Below are positions 1 to 12,186 of a stretch of DNA of 64,000 nt, piece by piece. The notes beneath the pieces were generated by a model. That model worked only from the letters and a program-made list of their open reading frames with translations. It had not been told where the DNA came from and did no database searches. Location of the stretch: the NCBI RefSeq assembly GCF_039654945.1, contig NW_027361690.1, positions 96,782,001 to 96,846,000 of the forward strand, written 5' to 3'. Source of the DNA: Dendrobates tinctorius. Its lineage: Eukaryota. The translations under genes and the position numbers were made by a program. Within the stretch, counting starts at the first letter, position 1; every line of letters begins with the position of its first letter.

Positions 1-76
1 TACAGAACGCCCTCCAAAATTTGGCCACAAACTGCACACCTCTGTCAGACACAACATTCAGGGGTAGCCCATGCAA

Positions 77-715
77 TCAGACCACATGCTGCACAAACAA
101 CCTTGACAATCTTTCTGCTGAAGGTAATGCTGCCAAGGGAATGAAATGGGCCTGTTTAGAAAACCTATCCACCACCACCCAGATCACGGTATTGCCCCTG
201 GAAGGTGGAAGGCCGGTAATAAAATCCATGGAAAGATGAGTCCATGGCCTCTCAGGAACCGGTAAAGGTATGAGTACCCCAGCCGGTCGGTTATGCGAGC
301 TTTTGGAACGGGCACACATGCCACAAGCAGAAACAAATTCCTTGACATCGGACCTTAATGAAGGCCACCAAAAACCCCTTGCTACTGCCTCTCTAGTGGC
401 TGTGATACCTGGATGAGCACTCAGCCTAGAATCATGAAACTCCTGCAGAAGTCTAGGCCGCAATGAATCTGGAACAAACAGTTTATCGCTTGGCCTCGTT
501 GCAGGAGCTAGGGCCTGAGCCCTTAGGATTTCTTGTTCCAACTCAGTTGAGACCCCCGCCACTATCACACCTGGGGGAAGAATGGAGGACGGCGGCTCAG
601 GGGGAGACACTGGATCAAAACTTCTGGACAGGGCATCCGCTTTAACATTTTTGGAACCCGGTCGAAAAGTAATTGAGAACTGAAATCGTGAAAAAAAAAG
701 TGACCAACGGGCCTC
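77..715 (-). pseudogene. Gypsy integrase N-terminal part (HHCC zinc finger and start of DDE core)
   Basis: ORF 77..610: FHDSRLSAHPG...FWWP...CGMC, PWTHLSMDF, VVVDRFSK. Confidence 0.93.
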
Positions 716-1366
716 TTAGCCTCTTAGCCTCTTAGCAGATTCAAGGTATGCCAAATTTTTGTGATCTGTGACAACCGTGATAGGGTGAGCCGCCCCTTCC
801 AAAAAGTGCCTCCATTCCTCAAACGCCAGCTTGACCGCAAGAAGTTCTCTATTGCCTACATCATAGTTTTTCTCAGCTGAAGAGAACTTCTTGGAGAAGA
901 AGGCACAGGGTTTGAGATTGGTAAGGGTGGCCGGACCCTGGGACAGCACAGCCCCCACCCCCACTTCAGAAGCATCCACCTCCACAATGAATGGTTTGGA
1001 CGGGTCAGGTTGCACCAACACCGGGGCAGACATAACACATTTCTTAATCGCTGAGAAGGATTCCTTAGCGAGTACAGACCAATTTTTTACATCAGCTCCC
1101 TTCTGGGTAAGATCCGTGAGTGGTTTAACCACTTGTGAGAAACCTTTAATTAATCTCCGTTAATAGTTTGCAAATCCTAAGAAGCGCTGGAGCCCCTTGA
1201 GATCTCGAGGCTGAACCCAGTCAGCGATCACCAGCACCTTCTTAGGATCCATATGAAACCCCTCACAGGACACAATCAACCCCAAAAAAGACAGCTCCTG
1301 TACAAAAAACGAACATTTTTCCAATTTGGCGAACAATTGGTTCTCCCTGAGTCTCTGGAGAACTGT
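716..1366 (-). pseudogene. Gypsy RT thumb/connection and RNase H
   Basis: [34 protein letters not shown]; frame disrupted at a GCCTCTTA x3 micro-duplication (711-734). Confidence 0.93.
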
Positions 1367-2506
1367 CTATAGATGTTGCAAGTGAGATTGACTGTCCGGG
1401 GAATACACCAAAATATCATCCAAATAAATAATAAAAAAACGGCCTATCAGATCAGAAAACACAACATTGATGAAATTTTGGAAAATAGCGGGTGCATTAG
1501 TTAACCCAAATGGCATTACTAGGTTCTCAAAGAGTCCTTCTGATGTGAGGAATGCCGTTTTCCACTCTTCCCCTTCCCGAACCCTTATCAGATTGTAGGC
1601 CCCCCGCAGATCTAACTTGGAGAACCATTGGGCCCCAGCTAACTGGTTACATAAGTCTGGGATGAGGGGAAGCGGGTAAGAGTTCCTAACTGTTATCTTG
1701 TTCAGTTCCCGAAAGTCGAGGCACGGCCGCAAACCACCATCTTTTTTCTTCACAAAGAAGAACCCTGCTGCCACAGGTGACACAGAAGGCCTGATATGCC
1801 CTTTGCGGAGACTCTCAGCTATGTACTCCTTCATGGCTTGGCGCTCAGGCCCAGACAAATTGAACAATCGAGCCTTAGGTAACTTGGCTCCGGGTACTAA
1901 ATCAATGGCACAATCATAGGGTCTATGTGGTGGCAGCGCCTCAGCCTCACTTTCGGAAAAAAAGTCTTTGAAATCTTTCAGGTACTCCGGAATACCTTCC
2001 AGATCGACAGACGACACAGACACGGATTTAGCAGCGTTAACAAGATGTCCCCGGTTACCACATTTATTATTGCATCCCCATTGAGTGATTTCCCCTGTAA
2101 CCCAAACAATGGTAGGATTATGGCATTGAAGCCAAGGCATCCCCAGTACCAGTCCTGCAGGCAAGTTATCTAGCACCAGACAACTTAGTTTCTCCATATG
2201 AGTGGAACCCACTTTTAGAGAAAAAAGTTCAGACCTGCAACAGATACCGTCTTGGGTAAGAGGAGATGAGTCAATTGCCACAAGTTTAACAAGATCGTGA
2301 AGCCTGACTGTCCCTATCTTATTAAGAGCCATAACCTTGGAATCAATCAGGTTCACAGCCGAACCGCAGTCAATAAAAGCAGTAGTCTGAACAGGACCAT
2401 AACCAAGTTCCAGTTCCACCTGCAGCACCATTTTTGCACATGAGGAAAATTGTACCTGAAGGTCTGGGTAGCCTCCTCGATTACTACCCAGACCTAGTCG
2501 TTTCCC
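1367..2506 (-). pseudogene. Gypsy pol: aspartic protease + reverse transcriptase, premature stop at 1367-1369
   Basis: FIDCGSAVN (protease); FFVKKKDGGLRPCLDFRELN, KLDLRGAYNLIR, MPFGLTNAP, YLDD. Confidence 0.96.
2460..2506 (-). promoter_or_regulatory. Programmed -1 ribosomal frameshift signal between gag and pol
   Basis: G GGA AAC in gag frame (2506-2500), 4-nt spacer, then perfect 12-bp stem AGGTCTGGGTAG/CTACCCAGACCT; pol is in the -1 frame. Confidence 0.85.
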
Positions 2507-3386
2507 GCCATCTTGGAGGATGACGGACAGGAGGGGCAGTCCTTCTTCCAATGTCCAGATTTCGCACAATAAAAGCACAACTGCTTTTCCCGGCGACGTC
2601 TTCTTTCCTTTCCCTCACAGGTGACAGCGCTCACCTCCATAGCCATGGGAAGAGTCTGGGTCTCATCTCCACTGAAGAATAAGGGCGTTTCCCGTTGCAT
2701 AATGCCTCTAGCCCGCAGCCTGCGATCCATGCGAACCGCTTGGACCATGGCATCCTCCAGGGAGTCAGGCGGAGGATGAAGTGCCAAAGCATCCTTCAGA
2801 CGTTCACACAGGCCTCTGTGGAACAGCCCCCGAAGGGCGGCATCACTCCAGGAAAACTCCGCTGCCCAACGTCTGAATTCAGTACAGAACCATTCAGCCG
2901 AGTGCTCCCCCTGACAGACACTCATCACTTTGTCCTCAGTCAACCGCACTCTATCAGGCTCATCATAAATAAGCCCTAAGGCTTCAAAAAATGCATCCAC
3001 AGACATTCTCTCAGGGGCAGAAGAGGAAAGCGAGAATGCCCAGGCTTGTGGGGACCCCCTAAGCAGGGACATCACCACCCCCACCCTCTGTTTCTCATCC
3101 CCAGAGGAGCGGGGTCTCAAAGAAAAAAAAGCTTACAGCCCTCCTTAAATGCCCTGAAATCATCCTTGTTACCAGAAAATATATCTGGCAATTTAACCGG
3201 GGATTTAGGTGGGACTAAAATGACATCTCTATTCCCCACCTGCTGGAAGCCTGCGGAAAGCACCCCCAGAACCGAGTCCTCCACCCGCCGTTGGGACTGG
3301 GCCAGAGCTTGGTGTTCCGAACTAAGCTTCTGCAGTGACTGAGTCAAGCTTTTCACCTGCTCAGATAAAGCACACATTGGGTCCAT
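2494..3386 (-). pseudogene. Gypsy gag (PEG10/RTL-like capsid + zinc knuckle), frameshift in poly-T run near 3120-3130
   Basis: ORFs 3117..3386 (MDP...KLPDIFSG) and 2494..3120 (LLRGSPQAWA, CFYCAKSGHWKKDC). Confidence 0.93.
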
Positions 3387-3432
3387 GCTGCAGAAGTGAG
3401 GAGAGAAAAAAAAAATTGTAGGCCAGTTATAA

Positions 3433-4167
3433 TGTCAGAGACACCGCACTACACTTGCTCATAGAGCCAGTGCGCATGTCCTGAGTACAGAAACAGTGCT
3501 AAAAGATACCTGTGGAGTGGGCAGCAGAGGTGACAATGCGTGCTTCAAGCTAATAGTGTCAGGGACCAGTCAGCGCTGGAAAGTAAAGAGGCACGGGACC
3601 TGCGGACACTGAAAATGAGCAAGCTTGCACAGGACCTATGGTCATGTGACTGCAAGGGGGCGTGGCTTAGCGTCCTGCTTTCAGATATGACAGAACACCA
3701 TACAACAACTCAGAGTCAGGCAAAACAGAGGTCACAACAGTACGGGCAAAAGAGGCACAGGAGGGACAAACAGACGGGTAGTCAGACAAAGCCAAAGGTC
3801 ATACACAAGAGGGCGACGTGGTACCAAGAGGACGAGCAGAGAGTAGTCAGGTCACAGGCAATGAGTCATACACAGATAATAACGCAGTACAAAATCAACA
3901 GGCAAACTCACAACGGGAAACAGAGCCGGATCAGAACCATATAAACAAGCTATAGCAACAAACAGGCACACGGGGGTCAGCACACTAGGCCAAAGGCAAA
4001 AGTATAACTGGCAGGGATTGAAGCTACCCAGGGGTTTATGAAGCTCTCCCAGAACCAGAAAGAGACCACAATCATTTAACCCCAAGTGTACAGGTCAAAA
4101 CCTGCACAGAGCTCCAGACATTAACCCCCGATGTGCAGCTCAAAAAACCTGCACTGGGATCATGACA
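3433..4167 (-). repeat. 5' LTR of gypsy element (735 bp)
   Basis: - strand TGTCATG...CTGACA; CATAAA box at 4040-4035; immediately followed by PBS and gag ATG. Confidence 0.88.
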
Positions 4168-6475
4168 GAGGGTCAGAATATAAGGCCATAATTTTGGAGA
4201 TAGTCTAAATTAAATCCAAATTTTAGTGGGGAGCATCGGGGAAAGGTCCTCTTCAAGCGATCAAACGCTTTTTCTGCATCTAATGAAATTAGAGCAGAAG
4301 GAAGTTTTTGGGAATTGATTAACTTTATAATATTTATCAGCCGTCTGGTCCCTTCAATGGATTGCCGATGTTTGATAAAGCCAATTTGGTCCGTGGAAAT
4401 TAATTTAGGCAGAATAAGATTAAGACGATTAGCTAAAACTTTAGAATAAATTTTGAAGTCAGTATTTATTAATGAAATGGGACGATAATTAAGAATTTGA
4501 TCAGGAATAGTATTGGGTTTGGGAATTAGTACGATTGTAGCATCTAAATTTTCTCTAGGGAAGGAACCAACGGACGCAGCGGCATTAAAAAGTTTAGTTA
4601 GATGGGGGACAAGAATGTATCGGAAAGAATTATAATAATTGTTACTATAAGCATCGGGACTAGGGGCTTTATATGACTTTAATTGACTAATGGTTTCACC
4701 AATCTCTTCAGCAGTAAAAGGAGCAGATAAAAAATCTGCGTCCACAGAGTTGAGATTTGGAAGGTTAACCGAAGATAAAAAATTATTAATACAGTCCGCA
4801 TCTGGAGCGGGAAGAGAGGGATCAGACCTCAAATTATACAGTTGATTTAAATATTTCGCAAATTCATTTGCAATGTCTTGTGGGTGAGTGAGGGATAATC
4901 CCTTAGGAGAAATAATTTTGTCAGTGCGGTTGCGTACTCTAAGCTTCTTTATTCGATTAAGCATAAAAAGGGTGGGTTTATTAAGGGACATGTAATGATG
5001 AAGTTTTGATTGCTTTACTGCTGAATCATAGAACGAAAAAATTGTGGCCCTTAATTCATTTCGAAGATGGGATAAATCAGCAAGAGATGTGGAGCTAGAG
5101 GGAGGATTCTTAGATAAGGACAATTCCAACTCTTTCTCCTTAATCAAAGCCTGCAAATTTTTAATTTTTTGACGGTTAATATTTTTTATTCGGGAGGAAA
5201 CACGAATAAGAGTGCCTCGTATAACTGCCTTGTGAGCATTCCACTGGAGGAATGGTTTGGAAGGATCAAATATATTTTCTGAAAAATAAAAATTGAGAGA
5301 TTTAAATATTTCCTCATGGTAAGTAGGATTTTTAAAAATAGAAGCATTACACTTCCACAACTGCTGATTATTAACAGAGTGCCCCTCAACCAACTTGGCA
5401 ATAACAGGAGCATGATGTGAAATAGATTTATTTCCAATTGAAACTGAGGAACATCTAGGGAGAGAAAATACATCTGACAAAATAGGTCAATACGAGAGGC
5501 AGATAAATGAGAGTCAGAAAAAAATGTATATTCCTTTGAGGTGGAATTGAGACAACGAAAAACGTCAAAAAATTCATTAGTGAAAAGCCAATTATTTAAA
5601 GAAGGGAAATTAAGTCTACTGGAAGAGAGGCATCAAGTGTATTATCGGGGACCAAGTTAAAATCACCTAAGAGTAAAAGAATGCCTCTCTTTAGCCTCTC
5701 TCAAGTTTTTTTAGTAATTTGTTCAAAAACCTAATTTGACCTTTAGTAGGAGCGTAGATATTGAACAATGATATAAATTTGGGAGTCTATAGAACAGACA
5801 AGGATATGAAAATGACCGTTCACATCAACCAATTCCTCCAGCAGTTCGAACGACAAGGAGTTCCTGACTAGGGTCATGACACCTGCCTTTTTAGAGGGAC
5901 CCGAGGCCTCAAAAAGATGAGGGTAATTTTTTAGGCAAAACGTGGGATGATTATTAATTTTAAATTTAGTCTCCTGGAGGCACACGACATCTGCTGCAGA
6001 TTTATTAATTTCTCTCTGAAAGGAAAAACACCTATTTGGACTATTAAGCCCCTTAATGTTATAAGTAACTAAGGCTGGTTTCACACTTGCGTTTTTTTGC
6101 GCTGCTTTTTAGCGCAAAAAAAGCATGCTTTTTTCCCTATACTTTAACATGGGTGTGCTTAGGTGCACATACACATGCGTTTGAACGCGTTTGTATGCGC
6201 ATGCGTGTTTTTGTAGTGTGCGCTCGGGCGCACAAAATGCATCCTGTTGCATTTTTTTGTGCGTCCGACTTGCCCCCAAAAAACGCATGCGCACGCAATG
6301 CATTTTTTTTTACAGCAAAACACCCATTATAGTCTATGGGTGCGCATAAAAAAAGGCACCAAAACCCGCAAAAAAAGCACACAAACGCATGATGCGTTTT
6401 TTTCATGCGTTTGTGTGCGCAAAAAACGCGCAGCAAAAAAACGCAAGTGTGAAAGTAGCCTAATGTAAGTACCAT
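4168..6475 (-). pseudogene. L1 ORF2: APE endonuclease + N-terminal RT; frameshifted and split by a MITE
   Basis: MVLTL|VTYNIKGLN, VVCLQETK, GDFN, YRPISLINTDFKI, SLDAEKAFDR. Confidence 0.93.
6073..6460. mobile_element. Palindromic MITE, PIF/Harbinger type
   Basis: GGCTGGTTTCACACTTGCG...CGCAAGTGTGAAAGTAGCC termini, TAA TSD (6070-6072, 6461-6463); removal restores L1 ORF2 frame. Confidence 0.9.
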
Positions 6476-6773
6476 AAAAAAGAGAAAAATTGGCGTTAAA
6501 AAACAATCAACAGCTGGAAAGTGTCAAAAAAAGAAAACACAACAAAACTAAATAACCAAAGAATAATTACAAACTTAAAATTGTACAGTGTTACAACCCT
6601 AAGAGGAAAATCACAGAAAATGGTTCTCCTACTTGCGCCGGGGGAAAAGTCCGTGCAGCGCAAGGCTAAGGATACCCTCATTAACACCTATATCAAATAG
6701 ACAAATATACAAGTTAAGCACAATATTAAATCATATAATATCAGATAACCCATAGACACACATCACAATAGGC

Positions 6774-7944
6774 TCAGGTGACATGTCCTGGACCAGCAGA
6801 AGAAACTGTAGGAACAGAGGACAAGACACCCTGAGATTTCAGAAATTGTAACCCCTCTTCAGGTGAAGGAAAAGTTGCATTCTTCCTTTTGTAATTAAAA
6901 AAGAGGCGTAGAGGAAAGCCCCACTTATAAGGAAGGCCTCGCTCCCTCAACACGGAGGTCAGTGATCGAAAGTGTTTCCGACCTTCTATAGTTGCTTTAG
7001 ATAGATCAGAAAACAACTTTAGATGGTGATATGGTTCCGGGAAGCCTCCCTTAATTCTGACAAAATTCTGAATTTTCTCTTTTATGTGGTAGAAATGAAT
7101 TTTCAGAATTACATCCCTGGGTAGGTCTTTAGGGATGGAAGGAGGCTTAGGAAGACGATGGATACGATCAATGATAAGATCCGTATCCGAAAGATTGGGA
7201 ATCATCCTCCTAAAAACTCCCTTAACATAGTCAGAAAGCCTGACGGGTGAAATATCTTCCGATATACCCCTGATTTTAATATTGTTGCGGCGGGAGCAGT
7301 CCTCCAGATCCGCCAATTTAAGTCGCAACTGGTGTATCTCAGACTTGGACTCCGAATGGTGTTTTAGAGATACCGTTTGTGATTTTTCCAATTCCCCCAG
7401 TCTAGACTCATGGTTATCCAACCGAGCAGTAAAGTGTTCAAGAGTGTCTTGAAAAAGCTTTGTTTGGTTAGCCATGTCGATACACATCCTGGCACTACAT
7501 TTTTCAACTAATGTGTTCATATATGCCTCAAGGGTTGTAGCATCAGGGAAGGCCCCGGACAACTCCTCAGGTTTCGGCCTGGATTTTTTTGGAGTAGGGT
7601 TGGGGGAAGAAGAACTACAATCCTCCCCCGAGGAATAGGCACTGGAAGACCGTGTACTCCCCCCCACCCGAGGGACCCTTCCTCTTTGAAGAGGAAGAAA
7701 GATCCATTGTCTCAGTATGAGAATTTGAGGAAGGAAGATCTCCACTTAACGTTGTCAAACAAGCACCATGTGTGGACAACGAGAGAGACACATTGTCGGT
7801 AGAAAGCTGTGAACAGTCTCTGTCAATGGGAGAACGGGACTTAAGCGGACTCAATAGATTAACCGTGTCCCTGGAAGAACAACGAGGAGACTTGGGTTCT
7901 TTATTTTGCTTTTGTCCTCTAGAGACACCTGTAGTTTTAGCCAT
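6774..7944 (-). pseudogene. L1 ORF1p (coiled coil, RRM, CTD) with frameshift near 7745
   Basis: LEDCSRRNNIKIRGISE, IDRIHRL, PRDVI, FSDLS, YKWGFP; N-terminus MAKTTG in ORF 7615..7992. Confidence 0.92.
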
Positions 7945-8779
7945 AGGTAATTTTGAGTCGAAATTACTCATTTTGCCAAGTGATATAACCAAGAACTGAG
8001 AGAGTAGAATAGTAACTTTATATTAAATAAATTAACCCGGGAGATAATGTCACAGAAGTGTATAGGGTTGTGTTATTTTGAGGTGACTGGCTAGGGACCA
8101 CCGCTACCCAACGTCAATTTTTACAAAATTTATTTATTTATTGTTTTATTTTTTTTGTTTTTTGTATTTCATTATGTTTTATTTATTATTTCTGATATTA
8201 TTGTTTCTTCTGTTTCCTCTCTCCCCTCTCCCTCCAATTTATATATTAAATATTATAATTATACTTTATAAACTTATTATTTAGTTTTAAATAATTAATA
8301 TTAATTATATAGTATATTTGTTATTTATATATTAAATGAGCAACAATCCCCTATACCAATCAGTATGATGAAGTATGTGTATACACTTCAGTGCAAGAAC
8401 AGCAAATAAAGCAACATCAAATATTGAGTTCAAACCCACCAAGAAAATGGCCGCCCCCAGCAGCTGCAACACTAGACCCACCAATAAAATGGCCACTACC
8501 ATAGGCGGCGACTGCAGTCCCCCACAGCTTCCAGACAGGCTGCAATCAACGGCGATGTCACAGGCAGAGGTGAGGAAGCCTGTGGAGCAGGAGTATACAG
8601 CGATCCGTGCCCGTCACAGCCAGACACGTCAGGACAATGCAGCTGGGAATCTCCACTTCATTCAGAAGAAAGCCCTGGTCCAGCGATGATGTCACAGGAG
8701 GAGGAGCAGCCGGAGTATAGAGGAACAGGGCGAGCTGACAAAGGAACTTCTCGGGCAATGTGCCCTGGTAAAACAAATT

Positions 8780-9540
8780 CAAAAAAGATCCAAAGCCCCC
8801 CGATCCATCAGGGGCAACCCCATAAATGGGGATAGATAAATTTTTATTCAATTTTGAGCCCAGAAAAAAACCGCTTATAGCGGTGATGTCACTGGGAGGG
8901 AGGGAGGCAGCACCTGCAGCAGTCCCAATCCAAATCTTCACCTGCGATGTGCCCAGGCAAAATAAAGTTAAAAGGGGGCGCAAACCCCCCGGTTAGACAG
9001 GGGCAGACCTATAGAAGGTCACAGGGGGTTCCAATGTATTTTGTGACGCCACCCGAATAGCGGTGACGTCACTGGCAGAGGAGGAGGATCCGCAGTGCAG
9101 CAGAGCCTAGCGGTCTGTGGGGGAAACTTCCACAGCAGTGTGTCCAATGAAAACACACACAAAAGAGATCCCCGACCCCCCGGTCCACAAGGGGCAGCCC
9201 CAAAATAAGAGTTAAAACCAGTCTAGTTCAAATTTGATCACAGGAAAAAAAACGCTTATAGCGGTGACGTCACTGAGAGGGAGGGAGATGGTGCCTGCAG
9301 CGGTCTCAGTCCAAGTCTTCACCTGCGATGTGCCCAGGCTAAACAAAATTAAAAGGGGGTGAAAACCCCCCGGTTGGGTAGGGGCACACACAGAAGGTCC
9401 CCGAAGGTGTTTTGATATGTTTTATGATACCCACCAATTAGCGGTGATGTCACTGGAAGGCAGAAGATGGTGCCCAGAGAAATTTCTGACAGGATCTTCA
9501 CCACCGCTGTGCCAGGGTATAACACAGTCAAAATGGGGCT
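8780..9540 (-). repeat. Degenerate ~180/200 bp tandem monomers in L1 5' UTR
   Basis: GCGGTGAYGTCACTG at 8880, 9060, 9261, 9441 (dimer period 381 bp). Confidence 0.8.
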
Positions 9541-10014
9541 ATAACCGCCTGGTTGAACAGGGGTACATCCAGAGAGGGTCCAAGAGGGAATCTTCCAATA
9601 AATTGGCGCAATATCAAAATAACGAAAATGTCACTGCAAATTGATAAAAGCTCCAAAAGTCAAAAAAATTGTGGGAAAATGAATATAAATCCACACCAAT
9701 GTGATGAAAGGTGAAAAATAAAATATTTATAAAGAAAAAAGAGGCAGTCTTTGAGTCTTACCTCAGACAGGATCTCTCAGTGACACGGCATCAACCGACG
9801 CCATTTTAGCAGGCCGCAGTCTTCGCCACAGGATAAAATGTCCTAGGTATATCCGATTTTGACAGGAAATGTCTTAAAACGTGACAAACAACTTGCTGAA
9901 TAAAAGTATGAATGAGAGCGAAAATTTAGAAATGCCTAGTCAGTAGCTGTAGAGGGTTACCTCAGGAGCACGCACGCAGTGCGACTTACATCACCTGCGC
10001 CTAGGCCACGCCCC

Positions 10015-10365
10015 TTCCATTTTGAATTTCTGAGTCTTCACATAGCCATTCAGTTTCCGCAGCTTTATTATTCTTCGGTAGGACCCGTCTGGCTTGGTCA
10101 CTAGGAACAACTTTGGAGTAGATTCCCCCTTTCCTGAGGTGGGATTTCTTGTAGGACAGATTTTCTCACAAGGTCTTGCATTCCAAGGCCTCTTGTTCTT
10201 GTGGAGATGATCTCAGGGGAGTTACCACAACAAATCTCTGTGGAAGGAGGGAGCGGAAGTTTATGCAAAGACCCACCCTGACCAGATTCAGTATCCAGGC
10301 ACTGTTTAAGTTTTTTTCCCAGGTCAGAAGAAAATGGGATTATCTTCCCCCCACCCTGGAAAACC
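10015..10365 (-). pseudogene. DIRS reverse transcriptase N-terminal fragment
   Basis: Hand translation: ...AWILNLVRVGLCINF...; YSKLFLVTKPDGSYRRIIKLRKLNGYVKTQKFKME. Confidence 0.8.
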
Positions 10366-12159
10366 GTCACTTTGAGGCCTTTTTATCTCGGGAAGGGTTT
10401 CCGACGATGAAGCCCCTGTCCTTCCTTTTCCCTTCTTCCCATCTATTTTGCTCCCTCTGGGGCTTTCTGTGGAAGAACTTTTTTGTCTGAATGTACCGTT
10501 TAACCCCTTTCCTACAATGGACATAATATTCCGTCCATGTGACCTGGGAACAAATTCCCATGGACAGAATATTACGTCTAGCGTGATCAGCTGCGCTCAC
10601 GGGGGGAGTGCAGCTGATCGCGGCCGGGTGTCAGCCGATTATCACAGCTGACACCCGGCACAATGTGTCAGGGGCGGTCACGGATCAAACATGATCGCGG
10701 TGTACTGGGGGTTAAAGGAAGCATCGGCAGGGAGGGGGCTCCCTCCGTGCTTCCCTGCGACCCCCACAGCAGCGCGATGTGCAGCGTCGCTGCGGGGGTC
10801 GCCTTCCCTGCAGGTCCCCAGAATATGGCAACGGGGACCTTCGGGGACTTGCAGGGAGCTGGCTTCCTCACTGCCCGCAGAGCGCAGGCATGAGGAAGCC
10901 TGCAGCAGTGCCTGTTACAGATCGCTGATCTGTCACAGCGATCTGTGATGTGCCAGATCAGCGATCTGTCACAGGACAGTCATGTCCCCCATGGGACATT
11001 ATAATAAAGTAAAAAAATAAATAAATAAAAAGTGTAAAAATAATTAAACAATATATATATTCCCTAATAAATTCATTTTTTGAAAATAAAAAAACAAAAA
11101 AACAATAAAAGTACACATATTTGGTATCACCGCGTCCATAATGACCCACCTTATAAAACTGGCCCATTAGTTAACCCCTTTAGCCAACCCCTTAAAAAAT
11201 AAAAATAAAAAATGAAGCAAAAAATAATGATTTATTATCATACCGCTGAACAAAAAGTGCAATAACACATGATCAGAAAGACGCATATAAATATCCATGG
11301 TACCACTGAAAACGTCATCTTGTCCCGCAAAAAACGAGCTGCCACACAGCGTCATAAGCGAAAAAATAAAAAAGTTATAGCTCGCAGAATAAAGCGATGC
11401 AAAAATTATTATTTTTTATATAAAATTGTTTTCATTGCATAAAACCGCCAAAACATAAAAAAATGACATAAATGAGGTATCGCTGTAACCGTACTGACCC
11501 GAAAAATAAAACCACTTTATCAATTTTACCGCATGCGGAACGGTGGAAACGCACCCCCCAAAAGAAATTCATGAAACGCTGGTTTTTGTTCATTCTGCGT
11601 CCCAAAAATTGGAATAAAAAGCGATCAAAAAATGTCACGTGCCCAAAAATGGCACCAATAAAAACATCAACTCGTCCTGCAAAAAATAAGACCCCACATT
11701 ACTCGGTGGGTCAAAATATGGAAAAATTATAGCTCTCAAAATGTGGTGATGCAAAAACTATTTTTACAATAAAAAGCGTCTTTTAGCGCAAGACAGCTTC
11801 CAAAAATAAAAACCCGAGATATATAGAAAATCAAACCCCCCCTTTATCACCCCCTTAGTTAGGGAAAAATAATAAAATTAAAAAAATGAATTTCCATTTC
11901 CCCATTAGGGCTAGGGCTAGGGCTAGGGTTAGGGTTGGATTTAGAAGTGGGGGGTTTCCACTGTTTTGTCTAGAGGGATGCGGAGGGCACCAACAATAGT
12001 AAGATTAATTAAGAGGGATCCAACCACAGTATGTCAAAAAATTTACATATAAATCACCAGGCGAAAGAAAGAAGACATACATCAAAAGCAGGGATCACCA
12101 TAGAAAAATTATCAATTTTATTACATGAGATATACAAGACACCAAAAAAAGATTATTTG

Positions 12160-12186
12160 TCGTCACAACTGTGACTTCATCAGGGG
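12160..12186 (-). ncRNA. Partial hammerhead ribozyme core (stem III / 3' half missing)
   Basis: CCC CTGATGA A GTCAC AGTT GTGAC GA, then sequence breaks off. Confidence 0.55.

Larger units (their letters stand above)
1..4167 (-). mobile_element. Ty3/gypsy LTR retrotransposon, Tf1/sushi-like; 5' LTR + gag + pol, continues off the left edge; inactivated by a stop and frameshifts
   Basis: Domain order gag(CCHC)-PR-RT-RNaseH-IN on - strand; TG...CA-bounded LTR at 3433-4167. Confidence 0.96.
4168..10014 (-). mobile_element. L1-clade LINE with intact 5' end (~2 kb 5' UTR, ORF1, ORF2); ORF2 interrupted by the gypsy element at 4167
   Basis: ORF1 and APE-RT ORF2 motifs; 5' end GGGGCGTGGCC abuts DIRS RT sequence at ~10015. 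Confidence 0.9.

Noticed and set aside
3540-3944. 134-aa ORF, and similar ORFs at 27318-27930, 30397-31369 and 51340-51783
   Set aside because: They lie within LTR or DIRS leader sequence and have no recognisable domains
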